From: a virus
Strand: one strand, 5' to 3'
Virus record (IMG/VR): IMGVR_UViG_3300029763_000003
DNA length: 58,211 nt
Under the pieces are notes generated by a model, which was not told the DNA's origin, did no database searches, and saw only the letters and a list, made by a program, of their open reading frames with translations. How positions within the stretch are numbered: position 1 is the stretch's first letter; each line of letters opens with the position of its first letter. Positions 39,673-49,444 of this stretch are shown piece after piece. A program made the position numbers and the translations under genes.

Positions 39673-39864
39673 TTACTGTACGATTTCCTCAAAACCGCTC
39701 TTGATGAGCAGTGCCTTGACCTTCTCCTTCAGCAGGCGGGGGCAACGCTCGTACAGAGCCTTTGCGTCCTCCATAGTCTCAGCAGACATGATTTCCTGTG
39801 CCCACAACATTGCCATCATAAATACCATCCTTTCGATTTTTTGTGTGATTTTATGCATAAACAA
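39673..39864 (-). CDS. Small phage protein (XkdX-like position). The likely true start is ATG at 39819.
   Basis: AAAGGA lies 8 nt before the ATG at 39819 (MMAMLWAQEIM...). Confidence 0.45.
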   Translation of the reverse strand: MFMHKITQKIERMVFMMAMLWAQEIMSAETMEDAKALYERCPRLLKEKVKALLIKSGFEEIVQ

Positions 39865-40243
39865 TCTCGCTCATTTCAAGCAAGCATTGCTTGAGCATCT
39901 TGTTTTCTTTTTGCAGTGCCTCCACCGTCTCCGGCAGCTTCTCCCAGGCTTCGGCCTTTTTGCGTGCTTCTTCCTGCGCGGCCAGCTCTTCGGCGGTGTA
40001 GCGGATGTACTTCTGGATGGGCACCTGTTCAACCCATTCCTCCTGTGCCTGAACGCCGGGACGGTCAACGACCTTCTGCACGTCCTTGCCACCGTTCGGA
40101 TACTCGGTCACGGTCTCCCAGTGCCACTGTTCCTCCACGCCCTCTACGGCGGGGTGGGTGATCTCTTCGGTGCTGGCGGTCAGGTAGCCAAGGGTCAGGT
40201 CGGGGTTTTCCACGACCGCGCCGGTCTCGTCAATGATCTTCAT
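39851..40243 (-). CDS. Hypothetical tail-associated protein (130 aa).
   Basis: RBS GAAAGGAGG. Confidence 0.5.
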   Translation of the reverse strand: MKIIDETGAVVENPDLTLGYLTASTEEITHPAVEGVEEQWHWETVTEYPNGGKDVQKVVDRPGVQAQEEWVEQVPIQKYIRYTAEELAAQEEARKKAEAWEKLPETVEALQKENKMLKQCLLEMSEIVYA

Positions 40244-40261
40244 CGCTCAAAACCTCCTTTC

Positions 40262-41146
40262 TCATGCCACGCGCTTCCAGATGTGCACATAGTAGGCGGC
40301 GGGCTGCACGGTGGCGCTGCGGCCGTAGATGGCGTTGGACTTGGACGCATCCAGACTGAACTTATATACCTCAGCATCGTTGTTGTCTGCGCCCGTACTT
40401 GCGAGCCGGTTGGAAGCAGTGATCGCACCGGATACAGTATGTTTACCAACGCGTACATTCGCGACAAAAGAGCCTGTGATATTGGGCAGACCCGCCTCAA
40501 CAGTGGTGCCTGCTGCGTGGCCGCTGCCAGCACCCATCAGTACCCGGTTCTGCGCAATCTCCTGCCATGTACCGCCGAACAGTGCGGCAGGGCTTGTACG
40601 TGCGGTGCTCTGGTAGATGCTGCCCACGGGGTAGGCAGCCAAAGCGCTGTCCGCAGAAAGTGTTCCGTCCGCATCGACCGTCAGACCGCTGCCCACCTTC
40701 ACGCCGCCCAGCGTGGTGGCGGTGGCAATAGGGAGCTTGATGCCTTTCAGCGCATCGCCAACAGCCTTTGCGTCAGCCGGAGCGCCCTCGACGCTCAGCG
40801 TCTTATCGGTGCTCACGATGGCCGCAGCCCTGTCCGCTTCAGCTTTGGCAGAAGCGGCAGAGTTTCTCGCGTTCGTTGCGTCTACGGATGCTGACTGTGC
40901 GCTTTTGACTGCGCTGGTGGCGGCAGAATTTGCGCTAGATGCAGCCGAAACGGCTTCTTCTTTTGCGTTAATTGCGCCCGCAACGGTACTCAGCTCGTTT
41001 AAGGTGGATGCATTGATTGGCGTTCCTTCTTTTGTTGGCTCGTCATTTCGGATAAGAGTGACAATTTCGGATGTTCCATCCGATTTTACCATTGTCCACC
41101 GACCCGGATATTTCGCCACACGGTCTTCAAAAACCATATTGTCCAT
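40262..41146 (-). CDS. Tail fibre protein with a collar-type C-terminal domain.
   Basis: AYPVGSIYQSTARTSPAALFGGTWQEIAQNRVLMGAG is a tail-collar-like pattern. A/S-rich coiled stalk. Confidence 0.7.
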   Translation of the reverse strand: MDNMVFEDRVAKYPGRWTMVKSDGTSEIVTLIRNDEPTKEGTPINASTLNELSTVAGAINAKEEAVSAASSANSAATSAVKSAQSASVDATNARNSAASAKAEADRAAAIVSTDKTLSVEGAPADAKAVGDALKGIKLPIATATTLGGVKVGSGLTVDADGTLSADSALAAYPVGSIYQSTARTSPAALFGGTWQEIAQNRVLMGAGSGHAAGTTVEAGLPNITGSFVANVRVGKHTVSGAITASNRLASTGADNNDAEVYKFSLDASKSNAIYGRSATVQPAAYYVHIWKRVA

Positions 41147-41585
41147 CTCCTGTCATGTATTCGCCGGAAAACGTAACGTATGTTTTAGCAAGCGTTTCAA
41201 TGTCGAACAAAATTTGCTCGATTTGATTCATCCTTAAAAAATCGAGTTTATTCATGCTTTCTGGAGTATCTGCAATAGCAGATGGGCCAGAGCATTTAGC
41301 ACGAATGGAGTTGATGTTGGAAAGCCAACGTGTTGCATCGGAGACTTTCATATATCCATCGACTGTCCAATCAGTCCGAACAGAAACAGATGCGCCAACA
41401 ATGGAGCCAAGCTCTTGAATACCGGATTCTATGCGGTTAAAATCCGTATAGCTTAAAGCGCCCTTCATTCCGGCAAGCCATTCCGATTGTTCGGCTTTTG
41501 TCCACGTACCTGTTCTTGCCTTTGCGGTAATTTCTTTCACGTGGTCAACATCCGATTGCATTCGGTCTGTAATCCAACGAATCAT
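41127..41585 (-). CDS. Hypothetical tail/baseplate-associated protein (152 aa).
   Basis: RBS GAGGAAGAA. Confidence 0.5.
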   Translation of the reverse strand: MIRWITDRMQSDVDHVKEITAKARTGTWTKAEQSEWLAGMKGALSYTDFNRIESGIQELGSIVGASVSVRTDWTVDGYMKVSDATRWLSNINSIRAKCSGPSAIADTPESMNKLDFLRMNQIEQILFDIETLAKTYVTFSGEYMTGDGQYGF

Positions 41586-41588
41586 AGA

Positions 41589-44195
41589 TTATTCTTCCTC
41601 AACTCTGTTTTGATACCCAATAGGCAAATTGCTCGGAACGGTAAACATGTAATGATAGCAATTGCGGCCATCGTTGCCAGAACCGATACAGTCATAAAAA
41701 AATAATTCGTCTTCGTCATCATAACTGCCAAGATGTGCTCTGTCCCAATACTTTGAAACAACGATAGAACGATAATAGATATCCCCAACAGAAGGGCCCA
41801 TGCCCCAATATTCAAGATGGGTAATGGGAGTTCTCGTCCACTGCTCATACGGGCTGTAAACGTTTCCGCCCATAAAAAAAGGATTTCTCAGAAGTTCTTT
41901 TGCTGTAGGGAGCGGGCTTCCTTCTACGTTGCATCCATAACCCCAAATTTCGTTAATATCACTACTGTTATCAGGAAATCCGTAGTATATTTCTTTTGCG
42001 GAAGGTAAAAATATACTGCGAGATAGAGTAGACACAGCAGAAGGTACGTAATTGTTAGAATCATTTTTTTTGAACGCTGGGGTATAATAAAAAGTAGTTT
42101 TGCCGATTTTTTTCTGCATGAAATCAGAAAAAGAATTTTTTATGTTTCCGTTCAATAAGGCATCAATACTGCTGGTCGAATACTCTGCGGGAGTTGTCAT
42201 TTTACTATCCCACGCAATGTTTTCTGTTTTCGCGTCTTTAAGAGCAAGAAGCGTTCTCCCTTTGCCATTTAATTCTGGCTCGTAATTATGCTTTGAGACA
42301 AGAAAAGCGGTATAAGCGCCAGCGACGGAGATGTAAACGGTATCGCCTTCTTTGAGGTTGGAAATCTCATCCGCAATCGCAGTAGCATTGCAAGAAGCAG
42401 AAAGGCTCGCAACTGTAGCTGTAATCGTTGCATTTCCGCTGTGTAAATACGTAACGTTGCAGACAGATACGCCGCGTTCGTTCTTGATGACATTCAGCTC
42501 AACGATACCAGCGGGAGATGCATTCCAAACAATAACAGGGGAATCGGCAGATGCAGGGGTAAGCGTTGCAGTGAGCGTGATCGTGTCGGAAGGATGTAAG
42601 TAAATCTCAGAAGCATCGATTTGTAACGAATCAACATCTTCAATCATATACCCGGTAACGGAGCCCTTGAAGCTACCATTAAACGTGTAAGAAACATCCG
42701 TGATCAACAAGTTAGAAGAATATCCGAACTGATGATTGAGCTTGACAAAATCAAGAGCATCGTTGTGCGGGCTTGCACGATAAGACAGGGTAGCTTTTCG
42801 ACGATTAGAAAGCACTTTATAGCTTTCAGTTAGAACATTCTTTGGCTGGGAGACGACGGAAGAAGAGATAAGCGCATTATTTACACTTTGCGTAACGCCA
42901 TCGCCAGTAGCACCATTCGGATACAATGACGAAACTCCATTTAGAGAGTAAGAGATGTTTTTTAACTTATTAGAAAAAGTGATTTCCGGATACTGATAAT
43001 CATTGATTTCAGTGATTTCATAAATGTCGGACTTGTTTTCAGGAAGGTACGGAACCCGGTCAATCCGAATCTCACCGTTTCTTGTCTGATACAAAGCCAT
43101 ACCGGCTGCGTTAGCAGAAAGCTGTAGCACATCAGCGTTTTTATACGAAGAATTTCCGTTGTTAAAATCAGCTGTATAATCCTTCAAAGATTCATTGATG
43201 TAATAGCTGATACCGGAAACATCAAGAAGTTCCAAAGCGTCATAACACATTTCGTATAAAGTTCCGCTTTTCCTTCCGGTATATAGTGAATCGATTAAAA
43301 ACACCAAAGCATCTCGAGCTTCAAAGGAAGCGGTAATGCCATTAGAAGGAATGTTCCAACTAGAAAGGTAAAACTTACCTCCGTTAATCCATTCAGTCTG
43401 TCCGTCCAAGTCCATGCCATACTTTACAAAAACAGCTTGGCGTTCATACAGATACTTGTAGAGACCGTCTGGGTTGATAGGATTCCATTTTTGATCGCTG
43501 TTATCAACGGAAAAAGAAATTGAATCCTTGGAAAGTTGACCGGAAATTGGGTCTCGCTTTGATTTATGGGAATACGACAGAAGGTCTGTTTTGCTAAATT
43601 TCACACGTTGTCCAAATTCCACTTGCGAGATACGAGCTCTTCGGTTTGGAATACACCATTCAAGAATTTCAATAATAACCAAATCATAATTGGAAATCTC
43701 AAATTCAATTGAAGTTTCGGCGGAATCGTTGTTGTCAATTTGCTTTTCCAAAAGAAGAGCGGTTCCTTTGTAAGCGGAAACTTTAAATGATTTTGCCCAT
43801 TCATTTAAAATTTCAGACCAAATGATTGTCAGACCCGGTATTTTTTCTTCGTGGCTTTTACTAAAAGAAAATGTGATGGTTGGATGATTGGAGCTTGATA
43901 CGCATTCACCGCTTACATAGCCGCATTCTTGATACGGTTCAGAATTCGGGACGATATCAAAGCTTCCATCTAAAACCCAAAAATTAGTTTCAGCAGTCGC
44001 GTAATTTCCAGAAGTGGAAATGTCCAGGTCAGTGATGGATGCCGCATTACTAAACACGGTTTGCGAACCTGAACTTGCAATAGCGTCCGTTTGCGCCGCA
44101 TCATCAGCTGCATGATAAGTAATCTGAATAAAAGTTTCGGGTACAAGCGTATTATTATATTGTGAAAGCCACTTATCGGACGGCTTTACAGACAT
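41589..44195 (-). CDS. Tail-tip/receptor-binding protein with an Ig-like (Big_2-type) domain (868 aa).
   Basis: Position after the tape measure and a short distal tail gene. TITLTATLTPASADSPVIVWNASPAGIVEL...NATITATV fits a Big_2 pattern. The C-terminal domain has QWTRTP. Confidence 0.6.
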   Translation of the reverse strand: MSVKPSDKWLSQYNNTLVPETFIQITYHAADDAAQTDAIASSGSQTVFSNAASITDLDISTSGNYATAETNFWVLDGSFDIVPNSEPYQECGYVSGECVSSSNHPTITFSFSKSHEEKIPGLTIIWSEILNEWAKSFKVSAYKGTALLLEKQIDNNDSAETSIEFEISNYDLVIIEILEWCIPNRRARISQVEFGQRVKFSKTDLLSYSHKSKRDPISGQLSKDSISFSVDNSDQKWNPINPDGLYKYLYERQAVFVKYGMDLDGQTEWINGGKFYLSSWNIPSNGITASFEARDALVFLIDSLYTGRKSGTLYEMCYDALELLDVSGISYYINESLKDYTADFNNGNSSYKNADVLQLSANAAGMALYQTRNGEIRIDRVPYLPENKSDIYEITEINDYQYPEITFSNKLKNISYSLNGVSSLYPNGATGDGVTQSVNNALISSSVVSQPKNVLTESYKVLSNRRKATLSYRASPHNDALDFVKLNHQFGYSSNLLITDVSYTFNGSFKGSVTGYMIEDVDSLQIDASEIYLHPSDTITLTATLTPASADSPVIVWNASPAGIVELNVIKNERGVSVCNVTYLHSGNATITATVASLSASCNATAIADEISNLKEGDTVYISVAGAYTAFLVSKHNYEPELNGKGRTLLALKDAKTENIAWDSKMTTPAEYSTSSIDALLNGNIKNSFSDFMQKKIGKTTFYYTPAFKKNDSNNYVPSAVSTLSRSIFLPSAKEIYYGFPDNSSDINEIWGYGCNVEGSPLPTAKELLRNPFFMGGNVYSPYEQWTRTPITHLEYWGMGPSVGDIYYRSIVVSKYWDRAHLGSYDDEDELFFYDCIGSGNDGRNCYHYMFTVPSNLPIGYQNRVEEE

Positions 44196-44210
44196 ATAAA
44201 ATCACCACCT

Positions 44211-44579
44211 TTAGACCTCAACCAGGCTCAAAGAACAATCCGTCCAGCCCATCACATTTCCGGTGTTTGGGCCCCTTCGCCACATTCCGGCTGTTCGATC
44301 GGAAACATACATCTGACGTGTGGAATAAGAAGCTGTTGCTTGATTGTAAAATCGTACCGTGCAATAAAAGTTTGTAGTGAATGGGCCGATGACGGAAGCC
44401 CATTGTTTTGCGGTAAGGTATTTCCACTTAAGAGCCACTTTTGCAACATCGTGTCGAACCACAGAGCCAACAACCTTGCCTTGCACGTTTCGGCCAGAAT
44501 CAACGATGGTTGAAGTCGTTGCGCTATAAGAGGAAGGCTCTGGCAAATCTACGCCGTTCACTGATACAAGAGCTTGCAT
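44211..44579 (-). CDS. Short distal-tail-like protein (122 aa).
   Basis: It lies immediately after the tape measure gene. RBS AAGGAAGG. Confidence 0.35.
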   Translation of the reverse strand: MQALVSVNGVDLPEPSSYSATTSTIVDSGRNVQGKVVGSVVRHDVAKVALKWKYLTAKQWASVIGPFTTNFYCTVRFYNQATASYSTRQMYVSDRTAGMWRRGPNTGNVMGWTDCSLSLVEV

Positions 44580-44596
44580 AATTCACCGTTCCTTCC

Positions 44597-47500
44597 TTAA
44601 TAGCTATACACTTCCGTCCCCATAATTTGCACGCCACGGTCAGCCTGCTGCTTTTCGACCGAAGCAGTAATCTGCTTTCCGTCAATGAACAGCCTGACTT
44701 CCTTGCCACCGGTAATTTCGTCACCATAGCGCTGGAAAATATCAAGAAACGCATTATAGCAGCCGTTATAAACCGCGCCTTGCAGATCGGAAGAGCTTGT
44801 TGACCCGGATGATGTATTGCTGTAGTATCCATTTGCAGAAGTGGTGGAACCTGTAGAAGCATCGTATTCAGGGGTTCCGACGTAAGAAGAATTGTCAGTT
44901 GAATATTTCCCACCGAGATTGCTCACAATACCCGCAATCGCAGCGCCTAAGGCAATTGCGGCCGCGCCCACAATAAGCGCTACAGGAATGCCGAAAACTG
45001 TAGACGAAAGCGCACCGGCAATAGAAGTAAGAAGGCCAACAAACGCAGAGCCAACACTTCCAATCAAGCCGCCCATTGCAGCAAAAATTTCAGGGAAAGA
45101 GCTTACAAGACCACCGAAAAGGCCTTGACTGATCGCAGTGCCAGTGGTAGCTAAAGGCACCTTCAACGCGCTAATTGATGTAGAAATCGTAGTTCCAAGA
45201 TTGGAAACGCTCTTTACGATTTTTCCAAAATTGCTTGTTATGCCGCTCCAGATAACCTTGCCAACTTTTAACGCTTCGTTAAACAAGGTTTTGGATGCAT
45301 CCTTCAAAATTCCAGCAATGTTGGAAATAAAGCTTTGCGCATATGCTTTTACCTGATTTCGGTTGCCTTCTCCCATCGCCTGCCAGATAATAGCAGCGGC
45401 AGTTGTACCAATTGTTTTTAAGTCGCCGTTCTGCACAGCATTCCAAAGATTCTGCACTGTGCCGAAGAAGTCATTCTGCAAGCCGGAATCAAGTTCTTGC
45501 CACTTGCTGTCCAGACCGTTGAAAAAACCATCAACAAAATTCGTTGCGGTGGTCGTGCCATAGTCAATCATTTCGTTGCCCTTCTGCTGAACAACGTTCG
45601 CCAGATTGGTCATAGCTTGTTCAACGTAAAGAAGTGCTGCAGTGATACCGTTCGCAAGGCCTTGGTCAATAAATTCACCAAAGCGCTCAAACAGAGCGGA
45701 GGGAGAGTGAATTTCAGTGTCGTTCGTAAACTTATCAATAATAGCTTTTGCAAGATTTGCCGCAGCGCCTTTTGCGGTTTCAATGCCGCTTTTGATACCA
45801 TTTACGAGGCCCTGCCAAATGTTTTTGCCTGCTTCAAACATTTTGGAAGGAAGAGAAGCAATAGCATTTGCAACGGCTGTTACCATATCGGAAGCAGCTT
45901 TTGCGGCATCTTTTGCCCACGTTTTGATATCATCGATAAATCCACGAACAGCTCTCGCACCGTTTTCGACGTGTTCATCGAGATGTACGAACCATGTAAC
46001 AACATCCTTTACCCAATTGATAAGGTCAGAAAAACCAAGAACCGCCTTTTCGATGAAGTTACCGTTCATCTGAATATCAAGACGGTCGGTTTCACTCACT
46101 CCATTGGTAATCCATCCGACAAACACTCCAACATCGTGAATCAGCTGAGCAATGCCCATGACGGCATTCTCGATGAAATTACCGTTCATCTGTAAGTCAA
46201 GCCTGTCAGTTTCGGAAACACCGTTCTGAATCCATCCAATAAAAATTGCGAAATCATTGATAAGGTTTCCAATGGCTGTAATTGCGCCACCTACAAAATC
46301 AGCAACTTTTTCGCCCATAGACTTGAAAGCATTGAACCAGTCCGTTTCCATCTCAAAAGCTTCTTTTTGACTTTCGCTACCAAGACCACGAACTGCAACA
46401 GTGATAGCTTCAAAACCAAGAACAGCAAGACCGGCTACAGGATGACCGCTAACAATAAGACCGATGCCCATAAGTGTTGTAATTAAATCACCAACATCAA
46501 GATCAAGGTCTTTTACAACGTCAGAGATTGTTTTGAACGCAGAAGAAATGCCCTCCTGCCAACTTTCTGGAATGAGATTCCAGATTACTTGCTTTAAGTT
46601 AGAAAAAGATTCTTTCAGGTATTTGATGGATTCTCCGAGTTTTCCATCTGTGAGTGATATATTCCAACCCTGCCTAAGCCCTTCCGCAGCAAGGTAAATC
46701 ATAGCTTGAACACGTTCAAGGCCTTTTCGGAACGCCTCACTGTTTTGGTACAGGTCAACAAAACGAGCAACCATGATGCCAACAGCGACAGCTGCTCCCA
46801 TAATGGGAGACTTCCAAAGCTTGAGAATTCCTTCAATTAAAGAGCCATCGCCTTTGATTTTATTGAGAGCTTCAAGCAAAGCGTTGCCAATAGCCCACGT
46901 TGCAAATCCGGCAGAAATACCAGCAATCAATGGCGCAAGCTTTTCCAGCTTTGCCTTGATTTCGTCCACGGCGTTGCCAACATAGTTCTTGAACATATCG
47001 TAGCCGGACAGGTCTACATCGCCCAAGATGTTGCCAGCAGATGCACCGCCGCCAGAGCCGGAGCTCCCCTGTGTGGGGTCAATGATGTTCAGTTCATCAA
47101 AGCCCATCGTGTAGTCCTTGAGGGCTTTGGCGGCTTTCTTTGTCGAATCTGCCGTGTCATCCATTGCGTCACCGATTCCGCCAACGCTATCAGCGCTCTT
47201 GGTAAAATCAGTGAACACGACCTTCACACCCATCAGCTTTGCCACCCATTCAACGAACTCTCGAATGAGCTGTACGGCGGCAATCAGCGGGGGAAGAATG
47301 GATTTCATGGCAGGGTAGAGCAGTGAGCCAACAGACTTCGCCAGCATATCCAGCTGCGCTTTCAGAATCTTAATCTGGTTCGCAGGGCTTTGGATGGTCT
47401 GTGCAAGGTTGCCCTGCACGTTAGCAGTCTGCTTCATAATGGCAATGTAACGCAGAACTGCCTTATCCGCCTGAGACAGACTAGAAACCTGTTTGTTAAA

Positions 47501-48628
47501 GCCTAAAGCAAGAAGCTCCTGCTGCAACCGGGCCTGAGACAGATCAATGCCCAAACGGCGAATAGGCTCAATCTCGCCAGAGATTGCGGAGGACATTGCA
47601 GTAAATGTCTCTGCAACGTCCTTATTCCAATAGGAGCCTTCGTCATAAGCAAGCTGAGTCAAGTTCTTAGACAGAATGTACGCTTTGTCGCTGGCCAGAC
47701 CAAACGAAGTACCCAAGCTCTGGATGGTAGCCATGTAGGTCATCGCTTTGGTCGGATCAACACCAAGCAACCCCTGCATCTTGCTAATGAGCGTATCGGC
47801 TTCTCCGCTTAAATTGCCCATAGCATTATGAAACAGGTCTGTTGCCTCGTAAAAGTCATTGAACTTCGCAACAGCGTTGCCAAGATACTCAGCGATAGCT
47901 TTCAACGAAACCAGCTTTGCCATATTCCGCATAAAGCCGTTCATCTGATTGGACAGGCTAAGATAGCTCTTGCGCTGCTTTTCATTGGCTGCGGTCACAC
48001 GGTTCGCTTGTGTGACTACCTTGCTCAACTGCGGAGGGAGCTTCGCAAAAGCGTTGCCTACCTTATCCAGTTGAGATGCAAGGGGAGCAAGAGCAGCAGA
48101 AATCTTCTGACAAGAGCTTGCAAAAGAATCAAGGTCAGTCGCTTTCAGCTTGTCGGTCAGGTCAGGAACCTTTCCGATCGCATTGAAAGCGCTGCCAAGA
48201 GCTTTAAGATTCGATGCGTCCAGAATGGACAGCGGAGCCAAAGCGTTAGTGAGCTGAGTAATGCTTCCAGACATGGAGTAAAAGTCCACGCCGTTCAAAC
48301 CAGACACAGCCGCAGGAATCTTCTTGATTGCATTCACGACCGTGTTGATGCTCTTTGCGCTTGCAGTTGTGTTGACGTTAGAAAGCCCATTCAGAAAACT
48401 GGTAATTTTGTCCAGCCCGGACATTCCAGCGGATGCCTGTTTCAGCGTTGCAATGGAACCAGCCAGCTTATCAAGGCTGTTCACAACCTTTGTGACGTTG
48501 CCTTTTGTCCGCAAATTGGAAATGGCGGCAGTGAGCTTGTCGATATTAAGCTCTGCACCCTGCGATTCCGCAGAAATCTCTACGGATAAGCTCGTAATAT
48601 CAACATCAGCCATCACTACCACCATCAC
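44597..48628 (-). CDS. Tail tape measure protein.
   Basis: About 1340 aa, follows the G/GT chaperone pair, and has hydrophobic G/A-rich C-terminal segments. The start may be ATG at 48613. Confidence 0.9.
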   Translation of the reverse strand: MMVVVMADVDITSLSVEISAESQGAELNIDKLTAAISNLRTKGNVTKVVNSLDKLAGSIATLKQASAGMSGLDKITSFLNGLSNVNTTASAKSINTVVNAIKKIPAAVSGLNGVDFYSMSGSITQLTNALAPLSILDASNLKALGSAFNAIGKVPDLTDKLKATDLDSFASSCQKISAALAPLASQLDKVGNAFAKLPPQLSKVVTQANRVTAANEKQRKSYLSLSNQMNGFMRNMAKLVSLKAIAEYLGNAVAKFNDFYEATDLFHNAMGNLSGEADTLISKMQGLLGVDPTKAMTYMATIQSLGTSFGLASDKAYILSKNLTQLAYDEGSYWNKDVAETFTAMSSAISGEIEPIRRLGIDLSQARLQQELLALGFNKQVSSLSQADKAVLRYIAIMKQTANVQGNLAQTIQSPANQIKILKAQLDMLAKSVGSLLYPAMKSILPPLIAAVQLIREFVEWVAKLMGVKVVFTDFTKSADSVGGIGDAMDDTADSTKKAAKALKDYTMGFDELNIIDPTQGSSGSGGGASAGNILGDVDLSGYDMFKNYVGNAVDEIKAKLEKLAPLIAGISAGFATWAIGNALLEALNKIKGDGSLIEGILKLWKSPIMGAAVAVGIMVARFVDLYQNSEAFRKGLERVQAMIYLAAEGLRQGWNISLTDGKLGESIKYLKESFSNLKQVIWNLIPESWQEGISSAFKTISDVVKDLDLDVGDLITTLMGIGLIVSGHPVAGLAVLGFEAITVAVRGLGSESQKEAFEMETDWFNAFKSMGEKVADFVGGAITAIGNLINDFAIFIGWIQNGVSETDRLDLQMNGNFIENAVMGIAQLIHDVGVFVGWITNGVSETDRLDIQMNGNFIEKAVLGFSDLINWVKDVVTWFVHLDEHVENGARAVRGFIDDIKTWAKDAAKAASDMVTAVANAIASLPSKMFEAGKNIWQGLVNGIKSGIETAKGAAANLAKAIIDKFTNDTEIHSPSALFERFGEFIDQGLANGITAALLYVEQAMTNLANVVQQKGNEMIDYGTTTATNFVDGFFNGLDSKWQELDSGLQNDFFGTVQNLWNAVQNGDLKTIGTTAAAIIWQAMGEGNRNQVKAYAQSFISNIAGILKDASKTLFNEALKVGKVIWSGITSNFGKIVKSVSNLGTTISTSISALKVPLATTGTAISQGLFGGLVSSFPEIFAAMGGLIGSVGSAFVGLLTSIAGALSSTVFGIPVALIVGAAAIALGAAIAGIVSNLGGKYSTDNSSYVGTPEYDASTGSTTSANGYYSNTSSGSTSSSDLQGAVYNGCYNAFLDIFQRYGDEITGGKEVRLFIDGKQITASVEKQQADRGVQIMGTEVYSY
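46050..46289 (-). repeat. Tandem 120-bp (40-aa) duplication inside the tape measure gene.
   Basis: tcgatgaagttaccgttcatctgaatatcaagacggtcggtttc... at 46050 versus tcgatgaaattaccgttcatctgtaagtcaagcctgtcagtttc... at 46170. Peptide: NGVSETDRLD(L/I)QMNGNFIE. Confidence 0.85.
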
Positions 48629-49360
48629 TTTCCATCATAGAGAACATCGTTCTCTTGATTCGCTCCTGCGCCTCAACTGCGCGTTGGTATTCATACTCGT
48701 CTTTCTCCTTTTGAGTAAGGGGAAGTGGTCTATCCATGTACTTGATCGGCTTAGACCCTTTCTTTCGGAACATATTGCCAACCGTAGAGGAAAGCGCAGA
48801 TGCTGTGTAGAAACCATTTCTCCACGCTTCAACATTGGCTCTGCGTTCCCGCAGCTCCTCTGCGTCACGATAGACCTTCGCCAGCCAGACATCGCCGTGC
48901 CAGAACTGGTCATAGGTCATGCCGATGGAGATGTAATAGGCTTCTACATCGTGGAACAGCTTGGAGAAGAAGAATGGTTCTCCCTCTCCGTCTGTTTCTT
49001 GAGATTGTGCGGTTACACAATCTCCCACGTTGCGTTTTTTGCGGTCTTGTCCTCAGTGTCAGTTGCCAGCAGGGACTTGGAAGCATCCACGAACATCTCA
49101 AGCAGAACGCCCATCAGGTCTTCCTTCTCCTCGATGTGCTGAAACATCTCGTCAACAACCTTGCGCTTGATGCCCTTGTTCCGGGCGATGAAAGCGCCGT
49201 AGAACAGGGCACGGGAATTGGACAGCAGATTGGTCATCTGGGTGTACTGGCCAATCTGAAAACCTGCACGCTCGGTGGCTTCCACGCTGTCACGGGTGAA
49301 GGTCAGCTCGTAAGTGTTCTTGCCATCGGGGGAATGAAAGTTGATAACCTTAGCAGCCAT
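48606..49360 (-). CDS. Tail assembly chaperone pair G / G-T. G is 49013-49360. G-T is made by a -1 frameshift into ORF 48606-49028.
   Basis: Two overlapping ORFs lie between the major tail and tape measure genes. The slippery heptamer A_AAA_AAC sits near the end of G. Confidence 0.75.
49034..49040 (-). other. Programmed -1 ribosomal frameshift site A AAA AAC.
   Basis: 0-frame is ...ACC GCA AAA AAC GCA ACG TGG GAG ATT GTG TAA. The -1 frame reads AAA AAA CGC AAC GTG GGA GAT TGT GTA ACC = ..KKRNVGDCVT, matching ORF 48606-49028. Confidence 0.7.
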
Positions 49361-49386
49361 AATAAATGCTCTCCTTTATAAATAGT

Positions 49387-49417
49387 GGCAGAACCAAATC
49401 CGTTGTTCAGTTCTGCC
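49387..49417 (-). terminator. Hairpin GGCAGAAC/GTTCTGCC just after the major tail gene. Possible partial terminator/attenuator.
   Basis: Read directly. A weak T-rich tail follows on the minus strand. Confidence 0.4.
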
Positions 49418-49444
49418 CGGTTTGATTGATTCGATTTTTGCGGT

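Noticed and set aside
39701-40894. Long plus-strand ORFs opposite the late genes: 39701-40894 (397 aa), 53595-55121 (508 aa), 51636-52658 (340 aa), 32136-33113 (325 aa), 37902-38633 and 39075-39704.
   Set aside because: These are antisense shadow ORFs of GC-rich coding regions. Their products are R/G/A/H/L-rich and low-complexity, and they lack Shine-Dalgarno sequences. Each fully overlaps a minus-strand gene with clear family motifs.
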